64,000 nucleotides of DNA from Octopus sinensis (GCF_006345805.1 NC_043005.1:68944001-69008000); one strand, 5' to 3'. Positions 12,991-26,940 are shown, numbered from the stretch's first letter. Numbers and translations: made by a program. Notes: generated from the sequence alone by a model not told the origin.

Positions 12991-15900
12991 TACTTACATG
13001 TAGGTAAGCTGAATATACTAAATAAGTATAGTTAAATTGAAAATATATATCACATTTTAGAAATAATTAGATTGTCATCACTATTGTTACAATTATTTAT
13101 TTTGTATGAATTACAACATTGACGTTATTCTCGACCTCATAATTATAGTGGATTCCGTGATATTAATATTATTTCTTATGAAATTCCTTGATGCATTTGC
13201 ATTTATACGATTTCAGAATATTAAATTTTGTATATACAATCTGCCTTAAAAATTAATCTGAATACAATTTATCATATGATATAGACGTACTTCATCTAAT
13301 TATTAACTATATTTCTAAGAATAATACAAGTAACTGAAACTAATGCAATCAATATGAATTATACACACGTGCACCTACACACACTTATATTTCGAGTTAA
13401 GTCTAGAAGCGACTAACGTTACAAGAATTTCCGACAGAAATCCAGTTGAAGAAACTACCCCGTAACTTTGTGCTAGTGTTCTTGGGGGTGTATAATGTGT
13501 AATGAGGAAATAAAACCAAGTAATGATCTGTTGAATACGTGATTTAATACGGGAGTTTCACAGGAATTTGCAATAGACAAAAAGGGAACTTCATTCCTTA
13601 CTCTGATCACACCGCGGTTTAAGTACAACAAAATAAGAGCAAATTGATGGAATTATCGATTTATATATGGTCGGGGCAGTTTATGAACACATAGACGAAA
13701 CAAAGGGAGAAATGAATAAGAAAGGGAGAGAGTGAAGAAAACAGAAATAGAGAGAAGAAAGAGAGAGAGAAAAAATAGAAAGGGAAGGCAAACGTATTCG
13801 ATGCGTAGGTATGTGCTGCAGAAGATGGAGCCCTTGTGGAATGAGAGGAGAAAGGGTCGACAAAATAAATGAATACATAAATTAATATATAAATGCTTCA
13901 AAACACACATCTCTACATACAAAATATAAAAGTATAATCAGAATAATAAGCACTATAAAATATAATAACAATAAGGATATAAAAAATAATAGTGAGACCT
14001 CTGACAACAGGTTGTTGTCCGCTCTCACAGAGTCAACCAGAGAATGTAGGACCGAGAGTTGTGAACAGTAAAACTGCAGAAATTCCTGACCTGATGCAAG
14101 GTCACATCGTCAGCAATCATAAAAGCACCATTACTAGATTCCCTGGTAAGGAGGGTTACTAGAATCCTATTAGGACTGAAAACAAGACCTGTAAAATGGG
14201 CGGATGAAAGACGCGTAGGTGCAGCGACTATCTAGCATTAGCAAAGGCTCTCAGAAATACTCCGTTACCGTTCAACTTGCTGGTGGATCACTCGGAGTGA
14301 GACCCACATTAGATGTCTCTAGAAGTTCACTCATATAAAAACCAGATAGCAGGGAATGGCATGGGATATTTTGGGAATCTTCTACTTGAACATAAGATCA
14401 TGGAAGTTCCATATTCCTGAGATTGTGACCCATATTGACATTAAATGTCTTGCTGTGGCTTATCTCTGAATCATGCCAATAGGGTGGAAGAGCGTTGTGA
14501 ATTGCTGTGCAAGCCTTATTTATCCTAAATGGTTAGGTTGTGCAATTTCCGGTTTGGAAACTCACCGATGACCAGGGCGTATTGATATGTGTGTGTGTTT
14601 GTCTGTGCGTGTGTGTGTTTGTGTGTGTATGTTTGTGCATGTGTACTTGGAGTGTGTGTATGTATGAATGTCTGTGTCTGTGTGTGTATGTGTTTCAGTG
14701 TGCCTGAATGCGTGTACGTGTGTGTGTGGGGCGTTTTGCAAATTGAAACGCTTCGTCCTTCGTCACCAATGTCTGTGATATGAATTCCTTTGTTACGTCC
14801 GTCCTTTCTGATACCCCAACTCTGCTAATAAATGTACAATATTTTGAAGCCGATGGGCTGTAGGTTTCTAAACTGCTTCTTTCATCTGAAAATTTGAAAA
14901 TAGCGGTGACATCGTCGTCTTTATGGCCCGACCGAGCTTTGTCGCTTGCAATAGAGGTTTTCATGACAGTCTTTGTAACAACAAAACGTAGGGCAAGATA
15001 ACGGGAAAGACAAACAATTGCGTTGTCAATTCATGCAAGAATCTGAGTATTTTGGTCCTGAATAACGATGGTTATGATTAACAGATGGAAAGTTGAATGT
15101 GGAAACTGAATCACAGGTTATAACCACTCAAGAACAGTTCTAATTCGGTAACGTCGATGATAAATAAATTTTAAATTAAATTCAAATGGATAGCAAATCC
15201 ATAGTTTATGGATCAAGGGGTGAATCTGCTAATTTGTCCTAAGCAATGGTGTATCACAGCAAGATATGGAAGAAGGTATGATAATAAAAACAAAAGCTAC
15301 TTCTGGATGTTAGCTTAAACGTTTGGAATACAAGCGAGACACATTGTGGTAACAGGCGCTAGATGCTCTGATGGGGATGGTAATTACAAGATTTCATTTA
15401 ATTTCATGCCAGTATAACATATGTGATCGTAGAAGAAAGGATGATGTATACATACAAATACATACACACACATACACACAAACACACAAGCAAGCACCCA
15501 TAAAAACATGAATATGCAAAATACATTCATAGATACATACATATGCACACACATACATACATACATATATGCGTACATACATGCATGCATACATACATAA
15601 TTGCACGACGACGCACACGCATGCACGCAAACAGGCTAAAAGAACGTAGCTTCAATAACGAGCAGTCAATATCGATTGACAAGTTTGCAAAGACAAAGAA
15701 AATTTTGGACGAAAAAATATAAGTGAGTGGAAATCGAACTGGTGAGTGTATTAGATAATAGGGCATTAAAACAATATGACTCTCCCCTGACACAACTCAT
15801 ATATACGAGCAAAACGCCCTCCCTGTCCAATGGGCGGTGCTGAGTTGTGAAACATTTAAACCGAATTTCCTCATAACAGCTTGTCCGACCGTCCCATAGG

Positions 15901-16079
15901 CCTCCCTTTTTTAGAAACACTGATTTAACCTAGATTTGAGACACCAGCAAAAGAAGAAATAAAGATAGACTTTGTTCTATTTCAAGAAAATACGATTTTA
16001 CAAATGCACGTTCCCACGGCTCTATCGATCGCATTCTCACCTGGAATCGATTTTTGCAATTTTTTCAAAACTTATACAT

Positions 16080-16193
16080 GCCCTGATACCGCCGGTACCT
16101 ACATATCAAATTTGAGTGCAATCGGATGGAATATGCCCGAGATCCTAGAAGACACACACTCAGACAGACAGAACAGATTATGTATATTGATTG
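16080..16193 (+). mobile_element. Possible Helentron/HINE (DINE-1-like) 3' remnant
   Basis: CCTACATATCAAATTTGAGTGCAATCGG...CAGACAGACAG...TATATTGAT resembles the end pattern of that class. No second copy to confirm. Confidence 0.3.
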
Positions 16194-16519
16194 GACATCC
16201 CTGATATTATGCAAATAATAAAATACCATGATCTAGCCTGAATGAAGAGATGTTGAAACACAATTGGAAAATTATTCTTGGTAAAATCGATACACTCGGT
16301 GCAGTACCAAAACTACTCCCTCCAAGATGAAGGGTGTTATGATTGAAGTAATTGCTGTTGACGTGCGACAGTGTAATATCTTCTTTCAATTAAGTTTCAT
16401 AAGAAAGATTACTGGAATTTCAGGAAACATTCTTTCACTAAAACCTAGGATAACATAACTACTACTTATATGGTCGGGTAATACATTTGTGTAGTTGTAT
16501 TTATATCAAGTGATTAAAT

Positions 16520-17010
16520 TTTTGACACAAGGCCAGCAATGTTAGGTAGAATGAATTACCTGAATCCGTCAACTCCAGTGAAAATCTAAAACTTAATTTC
16601 TAGAACCGGGATGGTTGTAGCACAATGTTTTAATCGGCGGAATTGAAACTTAGAACGTAAAGAGGATTAAGAAATTCCGCTAAGCATTTCGTCCGACGCG
16701 GCATAGGTTCTGCCAGCTGGCAACTTAATAACAATGGCTTCAAATTTTGGCACAAGATGAACACTTTCGGGAGAGTGGCTTAATCAATTACATCGACCCA
16801 AGTGGTGATCTGATACTTATATCATCGACTTCGACAGTTATGAATGAGTAAGTCGACTTTCGTCGGAATTTCAACTAGGGGTAGGAGTTAGTCGATTCCA
16901 TGGACACTTAGCAGTTGACAAAAAAAAGCGAAGTCGACCTATGTGGGATTTGAACTCCGATCATTATGGGCCGGGAGATTGCAGTACGTGTTAACGATTC
17001 TCTCGAAACC
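16520..17010 (-). mobile_element. Cluster of degraded SINE family B-like fragments
   Basis: Repeated reverse-complement motifs GTCGAC..GGCGGAATTTGAACT, TAAGCATTTCGTCCG and CTGCCAGCT. Confidence 0.55.
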
Positions 17011-17127
17011 GCAGCAACAATTATCCGTAGCCGCAGCGTTAAATTTTAACTGCAGAAAATGTAGTATTAGCAGCAGCAGCAGTAGTGTAGTAGCATCAGC
17101 AGCGTAAGCAGCAGTGGTAGTAGTAGC

Positions 17128-17158
<31 letters not shown>

Positions 17159-17922
17159 AGAAAATGTTATATAGCTATCTGAGGCTAATTTGTTTGTCCT
17201 TCGTTGAAGTAGATTATTCTCTCAGAAATACAAATTGCCACCTTGTCATAACCCAATAATATCGTTACTCAACTGGTAATTTTAAACACCCACATCGTAA
17301 AATATTTTAATGAATCTCTGGAGAAGAGCAATGAAACGTCCAAAGATCACTACAAAAAAATGTATAAGAACAATAAAATATTATAAAAGCTCCCCAGAAA
17401 ATAGCGGTTTGTTGCTGTATTGACTGTAAAAACAACGAACGAAAGAAATAGAAATTTTTCTTCTCTGAACAATCGATATCTACCACGTCTAATGATGTTA
17501 TTAATGGACACCTATTTGTTAAACGGCAGATCCAATGCACAGGGTTCGAGCTGATGGCGATGATGAGAATGATAATGATGGCGGTGATGATGATATTGAC
17601 GGCGGCGAAGAAGATGGTTATAGTGGCAGTGACATTAATAACGAAGAGGTATTGAAATTAGAGCAATAAAGAGCCAAATAAATGAAATTAACGATCCAAT
17701 GACCGTGTTGTAGCTGCCGAAAATAGAGGCCAACTCTTTATGATATTGTTCTGAACTATTTGTTAGAATGTGGGTGCGGGTGTTTGTTATATTTTCTTGT
17801 CATACTAATATCATAATAATACTATCTTCAAAAATAAGATGAATCTCTGGCTGATAAAGATGTTTTACAGTAAAGGTTTAGAGAATCAAATTTAACCAGG
17901 GACTAAATAAGAATAATGACAA

Positions 17923-18156
17923 AGGCGGCGAGCTGGCAGAAACGTTAGCACGCCGGGTGAAATGCTTAGCAGTATTTCGTCTGTCGCTACGTTCTGAGTT
18001 CAAATTCCGCCGAGAATGGTTTTGCCTTTCATCTTTTCGGGGTCAATAAATTAAGTACCAGGTTACGCACTGGGGTCGATGCAATCAACTTAATCCGTTT
18101 GTCTGCCCTTGTTTGTCCCCTCTGTGGGTAGCCCCTTGTGGGCAGTAAAGAAATAC
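17923..18156 (+). mobile_element. Full-length SINE family B (tRNA head, Deu/Nin-like core) with TSD
   Basis: GGCGGCGAGCTGGCAG...GAGTTCAAATTCCGCC...CTTTCAT(C)CTTTCGGGGTC...GTAAAGAAATA. 12-bp TSD GAATAATGACAA at 17911-17922 and 18157-18168. Confidence 0.9.
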
Positions 18157-18974
18157 GAATAATGACAATAACAACGTCATCAACAAAAACAAATGCAACA
18201 ACAGAGATGGAAACTGAAAATAGTGGCTTTAACATTAAATGTATAAAATACATGGTGATGTCGACGACCGACAAATACGTCAACGATGTTTACGACAAAC
18301 ACCATAATGATGAAGATAATTGTGATGATAACGACATTAAAGTCGATCATGGCAATGCGTACAAGTACCATGACAGAGTCTGCGCCAATGGCAATGATAA
18401 TGTATTATTAGATGAGTTTAATTGAGATAATTACTGGCACTATGTCTGTGATTGTAACGTTCCTTATAAATAGATTAAAATTGTGTTTATTGTGTTTAAT
18501 GAAACTCGTAATGCCATTATAATTGATAATACGTAAATTAAGTGCAAAGATGGATCTTCATGCCTTTCTTAAAAGCTTAATCGTCATAAGCGGCATGCAT
18601 ATGAAAATAGATTGTATTTATGTTTATATTATCGTGCGCCGTCCTCACGTATGTCTATGCGTGTGTCTGTGTGTGTCTATGCGTGTACTCAGAGTATATC
18701 TGTCTATCTGTATACATTTATGCGTGTTTTCCATTTGTGTATGCATATATGTGTGTGCAAGCGACCGATTGCACCCTTACTGTTGTGTAGTTACCCATGA
18801 AAGCCTCGCACGTATTGTCTGGGTGCGTTTTATTTTCCGAGACGTAGTCAATTAATGACTAGATAAGGCAATATATCGTTCTGCCTTTAAGATGTTAATG
18901 CTTGATCTGGAGGAAATTTGTCAGCTGTTTATTGGCTGTTGAGTGTGCGTGTATGCTGAAGTGTGTGCGTGCAA

Positions 18975-19011
<37 letters not shown>

Positions 19012-20240
19012 TGTGTGTGTGTGTGTTTGTGGGTGTGTGTGTATGTTTGGTGGAAGACAGAGAATATAATATTTGAATGAATGTTTGACTTCGTGATGAA
19101 ATGAATAGTTGACTGGTTCGATTATAGTTAATTCAGTAGCAAAAATGAATAATGTATATTGGCTTCTCAATGCAGGAAGTATTACAGGATGAAGGATGAG
19201 CTCTGCTCGAAATGTTTTAAATATATTGTAAGCACTATACAACTAGACATTTCCGTTTTTTCCTCTTTTACCCAATTTTCAATGCTGCCGTAACGTTGTA
19301 CTGAAGTCCACACAAATACATAGAAACCTTTTGAATAGACTTCACCCACACACTTGCACATCTAATGACCTCAAGAATCTCGATTTTCATGTATAGGAAA
19401 AACGTAATTATTGTAAAATCAATTGTTGTCAGCATCTTCCTAATTTGGACAGAGATAGTCTTGTTGATAGGGTGCACAAGTCTCAGCACATTTATCAATG
19501 TAATCTCTGACAGAAAACCCTTCATACAAGGTTGTAATTTATTTAACTTTCCAAAACTCATCATACTTTCTGAACTTAACTGAAATGATGTTTGCCGATT
19601 CAATACATCACTCGTCTCCTTTTCAATACATTTTGTACCACATCGATGAAAAAGAAAATAAGAACAGAGCAACATTCTAAGAAGTTGATAAGTTCGTGTA
19701 TATGATGCATCACTTTTATATTCAAATGGTTATTGCTGTTTACTAAAATTATATATTTTTATGGTTGTAATTTCAGGCTGGGCAAGCACGGCACAATAAG
19801 ACATTGTAATACAAAGGCCTGTCAGACATATCATTAAATCACGGTAAATGTGCTTTATGTCCTTGAAATCTGAAACCGCAAATAGCCTAAATACAAGGTG
19901 AATTCAAATAGTATCCGATCTTAATTTTTCAGCCAAAACCAATACTGCATGGGACAAATCTTAAGTGTGGGAAGTTAGCCTACTCTTTCTGGGCATGAAA
20001 TTATCTAGGTGCCAATCATTCTAACCTGAAGACGGAGGCGGGCTTTACGGTAATGTTCATAAACATCGACAATTGGTTGCAATTCCTCGACTTTTTAACA
20101 ATCTGCTAACAATACTACTATTACGTAATTCTGAGTCCCCAAAAGCAACTGTTTGACCTGAATTTCTGTTCACTCTACCCTTCTTTATTTAGTATTTTTT
20201 TGTACTCCATGTAAATTTGTTCTGTATATATGTGAATATA

Positions 20241-20630
20241 GGCGCAGGAGTGGCTGCGTGGTAAGTAGCTTGCTTACCAACCACATGGTAACGGGTTCAG
20301 TCCCACTGCGTGGTACCTTGGGCAAGTGTCTTTTACTATAGCCTCGGGCCGACGAAAGCCTTGTTAGTGAATTTGGTTGACGGAAACTGACAGAAGCCCG
20401 CCGTATATATGTATGTGTGTATATGTTTGTGCCTGTGTTTGTCCCCCTAACAGCACTTGATAACAGATGTTGGTGTCTTTACGTCCCCATAACTTAGCGG
20501 TTCGGTAAAAAGAAACCGATATAATAAGTACTAGGCTTACAAAGAATAAGTCTTGGGATCGATTTGTTCGACTAAAGGTGGTGCTCCAGCATGGCCGCAG
20601 TCAAATGACTGAAACAAGTAAAAGAGTAAA
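20241..20630 (+). mobile_element. Full-length SINE family A
   Basis: tRNA-like head, ACCTTGGGCAAGT (CORE-like) segment, internal (TA/TG) tract, 3' end GACTGAAACAAGTAAAAGAGTAAA. Confidence 0.9.
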
Positions 20631-22552
20631 TGATAATGAGTATCTATATGCTTCTACACGAAATTTCATCTGAATATTTTAAGTTTTTGTTCCTCTCTCT
20701 CTATATATATATATCCGTTTATATATTTACCTCTCTACATTTATGTATGTATGTATGTATAGGTGTATATATGTAAGTGTGTTCGCGTGCGTGCATATAT
20801 ATATACACATACATATGCATATACATATACATACATATACATATAAATATATAAACACTAAATGATACGTATATGCATACGTAAAAAGAACACCCAATAG
20901 AGTTGCCGAAGAAATGACATAAGCGAATTAAATTAAAGCAAAATATGAAGACCTGATGTTGAATTAATACGTGGAAATCTCTCATGCTAAATAAAAGAAA
21001 ATAACCTTTAGCATAGTTACACTAAATAACCACAAAGTGAAAGAAGCAAAATCAAAAAAAAGGAAAAAGCGATGTAATAGGATTTGAATATGAGTTGATA
21101 AGAGAAAAGTCGAAAAGTGTCATATTCTCAATTTAAGAGTGAAACAAATTTAAGGTTATAAATAAGCCAAAAAATTAAAAAACTTCGATGCCTTCTCTAA
21201 TATCCAACGAAGAAAGTTTTCAAATATATACTTAATAACAAAATAGCTTTACTACCGTCATTAACACGACAAGAATGTACGATATGTAACACGTAGCGTT
21301 TTCACTGTGCAGAAATTGTAGGAAGAATATAACAGAAATATCGAAATGAATATTTAAAACCATTTCCTTCATCGAATACTGTAACTTATGCGACCACGGC
21401 TTATCCAAATATAAGCATATAGGAATGATTAACATTTCCATTATTGTACATGTACACCAAAATTATTTTAGCTCCACAATTTATTAAAACCAGGCTGTGG
21501 TAGTATATTTTCATTTTTTTAATGTATTGTATCGTCTAATATGTTGTTATTATCGTAAGAATATGTGCATATGTATTATGCCGTAACTAAATGCTAAACA
21601 AATATACAGACTGAAGGCAGGAAACTAGGAAGAAGATGCAAATAAACACTTGATATATGTGAATATATGTGATCTGCTTCAATATTGTTTCTAACGAAAA
21701 CAGAATGTTCATAAGTGACTTCTACGCTTTTGAATGTACTGACTCTCAATCACTGGGGACACGCGAGATGAATTGGAATATGAGACGATGGAAGCTGTCC
21801 TTCGCAATCAACAATTTCCATGATGCGACACCGCAGTAGTATTAACGATCAGCGATATTAGAGGTAGCATGATTAGCAAGAAGAACAAAACGTAACAAAG
21901 ACTACATCAGCAAGAAGAAAAATGACAACAGCTGCTGCAGCAACTACAGCAAAGACGACAACTGCACAAAGAAAATTCATGTATTAGTGTGGGAGCTAGC
22001 AGCAGACGAAACGGCCAATTACGAGGTCACTAGTGTTGGGGTGGAATTCATTTCCACCTCCACCAAATCTCTAATAGGAAATTGTAGCAGCAGGAAGAGG
22101 ATATTAACAACTACACGTGTAATAATGAATGATAATAATAATATCAATATAAGTAACATCAACAGGTACCGGCAATAAATGTGACTTCAGTGTGAAAGCA
22201 CAGTTAGATGTACTGCATGAGCACTTACTGCAACAGAGTTAGATTTTGCTCATTGGGAATCATCAAAAACTGAAAGTAATAGATGGACACCTCACCATCT
22301 TAGGACGAAGGATGCTTATACTCATGATGTCAGAAGAAATTTTGAAAACAATGGTTTACTGATTGCTATCAGTGATGATTACATGTGAATCTTCTCAGAG
22401 CAACAACCGAACTATGAATATCATTTGGGGAGATAATGATGTTCCCCAGCCAATATGTTTAAATACGAGTGAAGAATCAGAGACCACACCCAGAAGCATC
22501 TTACCGATTCCCCCGTCACTTGGAAAGGATAAAACTAAGTAAAATATAAAAA

Positions 22553-22850
22553 GTCAATTTTATCGTCCCCGAAAAGTTGAAAAGAAAATTGGACATTGGC
22601 GGGATTTGAACTCAGAAAGCCAAGGGGTGTGTTGCTATACATTTTATACAGCACGCCAATAATGGGGCCGGATCGCGATTTAAAAACCGTCTCTACTATA
22701 GTTACATGGTCTGGAAATTTGAGGGAGGGGGCTAGTGAATTTCATCAACCCCAGCACTCAGCAGGTACTTATTTTCATCGATCCCAGAACAAAAAGTCGG
22801 GCAAAACACAGGTAAGCATTTTGTCCAGCGTCCTAACGATTCTGCCTCCT
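22553..22850 (-). mobile_element. Degraded SINE family B-like fragments
   Basis: GGCGGGATTTGAACTCAG, TAAGCATTTTGTCCAGCG..TAACGATTCTGCC. Confidence 0.5.
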
Positions 22851-25218
22851 TAATCATGATATGTTCCCTTTATCACCAACAAAGGGTTGTTAAAAATGTC
22901 GAGCACTGTACATGAGATATTCTGGAATTCAATACAACTAACACACAAAGAAAGCCTTTAAAACCGCCACCCAGTAACATACTTATTAAATAACGTATAT
23001 CCTGAAGAGGACACCATCAGTTTTTGTATTTAGATTTTAAATTACATAACGGGGGAGATGTCTGCTTTCATCGGTTAGACGCATTCCTAAATCTCCGAAG
23101 ATTAGTAGCACTGTGATTGAAGCATTACAATGTATCTGTTGCTCTCGTACGGGCATTCTCCTCAGAGAAAGTACATCCTCAGCAGCATTAGGATTGATCA
23201 AACTTTTGAAGATACTTCAGCCAATAAATGCTAATAGTATTCTAATAACCTCAGGCTAGGCCACAATTGACTATGGAATTCACCTAATTCTTGCAGAAAC
23301 ATCCAAACCTACATCCAAAAAAGTGTTAGGCAACTAAGTGCTACATAATCGCACACTTTTAAACCTCTGACGAAGATTTCTTTCGGGAACATATCCATTC
23401 CTGTCCCATTTTATAAAATACTTATTGAACGTGTGTATGCGCGCAAGCGCAAATGTATAAAGGATCGTTCAGACAAAATAGTCATTGTGTAAATCAATAT
23501 TCTGGTGGTCACTTGCAATTAACATTGCTAAATGGATTATATCGACTCCCTCTCACTTTCGACGTCATTAATGCCGTGAATTGGTGCTTAGGCCGTTTGA
23601 ATTTTGTAATTAAATGAGAATATTATTTAAGTGTTGTTTGTTAATAAGTTAATAGCTTATGACATTAGGCTACATACGTCATCAAATCTAATGTACGCAC
23701 GTACAATAATTCATGTGTATGTAATTGGCAGAAAAATGCTTCAAAGGAATCACAGATCTGTGTCGTGTAACATACCCTAAAGTACTATACACGAAGTATC
23801 CCGATAATTCTTTAAAATTGTTTCGCATAATAAATGATATGAATTTTTATAATGGTTTTTTATAAGACAACATAACCAAAATCAGTATTCTCTCTAATTC
23901 CAGTTTTAATGAAACTGCCTCCGTGAAACTGTTTCCCTAAACACTAAAAAATATTTCTGCTTAAATTTAATTTACTAAATACAAGGTCATGAAATTGTCA
24001 TGCAAAACATAAATCCGTTGCATTAATGATGTGTAAGCTGCCACACTCTATATTAATTTATACTATTAAAATTATAACTCTGCCACGTTTATATGAAAAT
24101 TCTGTTCTGTCATAGGCAGCACCTTCGAACACAATGGCGTGACATAATCAATAAAATCTACAGTTACTTCGTAACATGCTATGACGTATTTTGAAGTAAA
24201 TGACCATTTACAACGTGCCTTATAAATAATTCGTGAAATCTTTTTGAACTATACTTAAATCAGCATAATGGAGAAACTTCCCCTCCGTGTTATATATCAT
24301 AGAAATTCAGTGCGGTAAGATTTAAGCTGAAAAATCTAGTTAAATGAACACTATTCCCAAACTGCATTAATAAGTAAGACTCACCCAGTTGAAAAGATAG
24401 CTACTATTCGCTGTTCTGATCCATTGAAAGTTAAACGTCTTGGCCTTGGAAATAAGTCAAAACGGATGAAAGGAAATGCATCACCAACACATCTGTAGTC
24501 GTTCGGCTGTGTATTGATTTGGCCAACTATAATCTGGTGAATAGTGAATGGAGCGGTTTCAAGAGATATTTTTAAGAAAACGTGACCGTAACTGGATTTT
24601 ATTTATGTTGGTCTTTCTGAAATCCAATATCACCTAAACACAATAACATTTAAAATTACTACTCAAGTAATAGAGAGTCCTGATGAAAAAATACTGGAAT
24701 CACACACTTTCCTTTTGTAATATTTTTTCATTTCCAGGAGTTAGAACGGTATATAAAGCCATCGAAAACAAAACGGATACGTAATTCAACTTCAGTTAAT
24801 TTAAAGGAAAAATGCCAAAACTTTACTGGGATTCCGGTACGGCTGATCGATCAAATGACATTATATAACTCAATTGACAAATGCCAGCCATTAAACCGAT
24901 CCCAAACATGCTTTTATAATATCGAGCCCTTTGCCAATAATAGTAATCGATATACGTATGTATATACATTACTTTCAGTAAATATTTTATCATTCGTCAA
25001 TGTTCAATATTACTAAATATTTCACATTGTTTCATAGATGTAAGAGTTGCAAATTGTTTAGCGTAGCAGAACAAGTATTATCCAGTATTCATTACTTAAT
25101 CATTAAATTTTATATTCAAAGTTTACCTAGAACATATTGGCCTATTCGAGTTTAAGTTCCGTTTCGAAATATTAGGGACGATCAAATCAATTGTTTTTAC
25201 TTCAAGTATAGCGTTTTA

Positions 25219-25350
25219 GGCGCCGGTGCCACTCCCATCTTTTTCCATCTTTGTCGTTTTCATACACGCTAATGTCTCTGTCCAGACCGCAGCTACCTTT
25301 ATCTCTGTTCGACCTTCATGGTCAATTCGATGAAATAATGGAATGAAATA
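25219..25350 (+). mobile_element. 132-bp insertion flanked by a perfect 15-bp direct repeat (likely 5'-truncated retroposed 3' end)
   Basis: AAGTATAGCGTTTTA at 25204-25218 and 25351-25365. Insert ends in an ATGAA/ATGGA-type short-repeat tail. Confidence 0.7.
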
Positions 25351-25851
25351 AAGTATAGCGTTTTACGTTGTTGTAACTGCTTTTTAGTTCTAGTTAAACA
25401 CTCTACATCAAATGATTGAAAAATATTGTCAACTCAGGAAAATTGAGACATTTTGCAAGGTAAAAGTAACGTTCATCGAGTTGACTTTGTGTAGATTCGC
25501 AAGGTAAAGGGACGTTCATAGCGGATGAGGTTTTATATAGAAGTTGTGAACCTCTATCAGTTCTTCCGCTTTCGAATCATCTTCAACTGAATCACAATCT
25601 ATGTCGCTGAAATTTTCTTAGTGCTTTATATTGAGAAAGTACATAATGTGTGCAAGAGTTTGAATAAGAAATTTGTATTTAAATATACGTGAAGATAAGA
25701 ATATAGTCTATATAGAAATATCTTCGGCTGCTTCCCATTTTTTTCAATTTAAAAATTTCACATAGATATATATATATATATGTTTATATTAATGACTCAA
25801 TGCATATATGTATGTATTGATAATACATGGATACTTATACATACATATACA

Positions 25852-25905
<54 letters not shown>

Positions 25906-26009
25906 CCGGAGTAAACACATAAATGTGAAACAAGGTGGAAAAAAGAGTACTCAAATACCAGTGGTAGAGTAATATGCTTTATTTTAAGCAGCAGAAAATT
26001 CAACAAAAT

Positions 26010-26047
26010 CAGTTACTCTGAGTTTCTCGTTGCCGTTCATCAGACAG
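26010..26047 (-). ncRNA. Minimal type I hammerhead ribozyme motif (mirror copy, one stem I mismatch)
   Basis: Core intact. The 3' strand of stem I reads actg instead of acag. Confidence 0.7.
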
Positions 26048-26063
26048 TTTTTGCTAGAAAAAA

Positions 26064-26101
26064 CTGTCTGATGAACGGCAACGAGAAACTCAGAGTAACA
26101 G
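26064..26101 (+). ncRNA. Minimal type I hammerhead ribozyme motif
   Basis: Identical to 12806-12843. Predicted cut after 26097. Confidence 0.8.
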
Positions 26102-26511
26102 ATTTTGTTGAATTTTCTGCTGCTTAAAATAAAGTATATATATATATATATTATATATATATATATATAATATATATATATATATATAAATATGTATAGG
26201 CACAAGGTGGTTGTGTGGTAGGATGCTTGCTTCCAAGCTACAGATATGCAATTGTACCCAAAATTGCAACAGTGCCAATATTTGTATTCTTTTTCTGTAG
26301 GAGACATTACTTACCATATCCTATCATCTTTGCTATGTGAAATACCGTATTCTAACAACAAATATTAAGAGTTGATCCATTATATCTTGAGGTAGAATAT
26401 TATACAGGATGCTTATGAGTTGGGACCTCCGATCCAGTATTTACTATTATCAGAGATGTGAAGACTAGACACTTTGAAACCTTAGAAGGGGTCATGAAAA
26501 TATTCAGCAAA

Positions 26512-26940
26512 GCGTGTGTGTGGCTTTATTGGTAGAAACTTGGTTTCCAACCACATGGGTTGGGTTTCAGTCTCGCAACGTGGCACCCTAGACGAGGGTA
26601 TTCTACTATATATTTATTTACTACCCACAAGGAGGTAAACACAGAAGGGACAAAGAAGGACAGACAAACGGATTAAGTCGATTACATCAACCCCAGTGCG
26701 TAACTGGTACTTAATTTATCGACCTCGAAAGGATGAAAGGCAAAATTGACCTCGGCGGAATTTGAACTCAGAACGTAACGGCAGACGAAATACAGCTATG
26801 CATTTCGCCCGGCGAGCTAACGTTTCTGCCAGCTCGCCGCCTTATGGGGTCTTCTACTATAGCCTCGGGCCGACCAAAGCTGTATGAATGGATTTGGTAG
26901 ACGGAGACCGAAGGAAGCCTGTCGTATGTGTGTATGTATG
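26512..26940 (+). mobile_element. Degraded SINE family A, interrupted by a family B SINE
   Basis: Head to 26610, resumes at about 26845 with TTCTACTATAGCCTCGGGCCGACCAAAGC. Confidence 0.75.
26611..26843 (-). mobile_element. Full-length SINE family B nested in SINE A
   Basis: Reverse complement of the 17923-18156 type. Flanked by GGGT(A/C)TTCTACTATA at 26596-26610 and 26847-26861 (14/15 match). Confidence 0.9.

Larger units (their letters stand above)
25906..26134 (-). mobile_element. (TA)n-embedded foldback element B, copy 2: tail plus 158-bp palindrome with two HHRs
   Basis: 25977-26134 is self-complementary (79-bp arms, 2 mismatches, centre CTAG). Starts (TA)n-CCGGAGTAAAC and ends AAATAAAG-(TA)n. 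Confidence 0.88.

Noticed and set aside
13990-14580. GC-richer block with an ADD-like tripeptide on the minus strand, possibly an old LINE
   Set aside because: No other RT motifs recoverable by hand, so left uncalled.
14695-14964. 89-aa minus-strand ORF with a possible internal acceptor (TTTTCAG)
   Set aside because: Ends in a (CA)n tract, has no recognisable domain and no good donor.
19268-19675. 135-aa minus-strand ORF in non-repetitive DNA
   Set aside because: No recognisable motif, no convincing splice context, and codon usage like background. Needs a homology search before any call.
20241-20320. tRNA-like sequence (A/B boxes)
   Set aside because: SINE head. No complete cloverleaf, and it continues into the SINE body, as do all other copies.
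23365-23400. CTGACGA...GGAAC possible HHR
   Set aside because: No GAAA and no stem I or III pairing.
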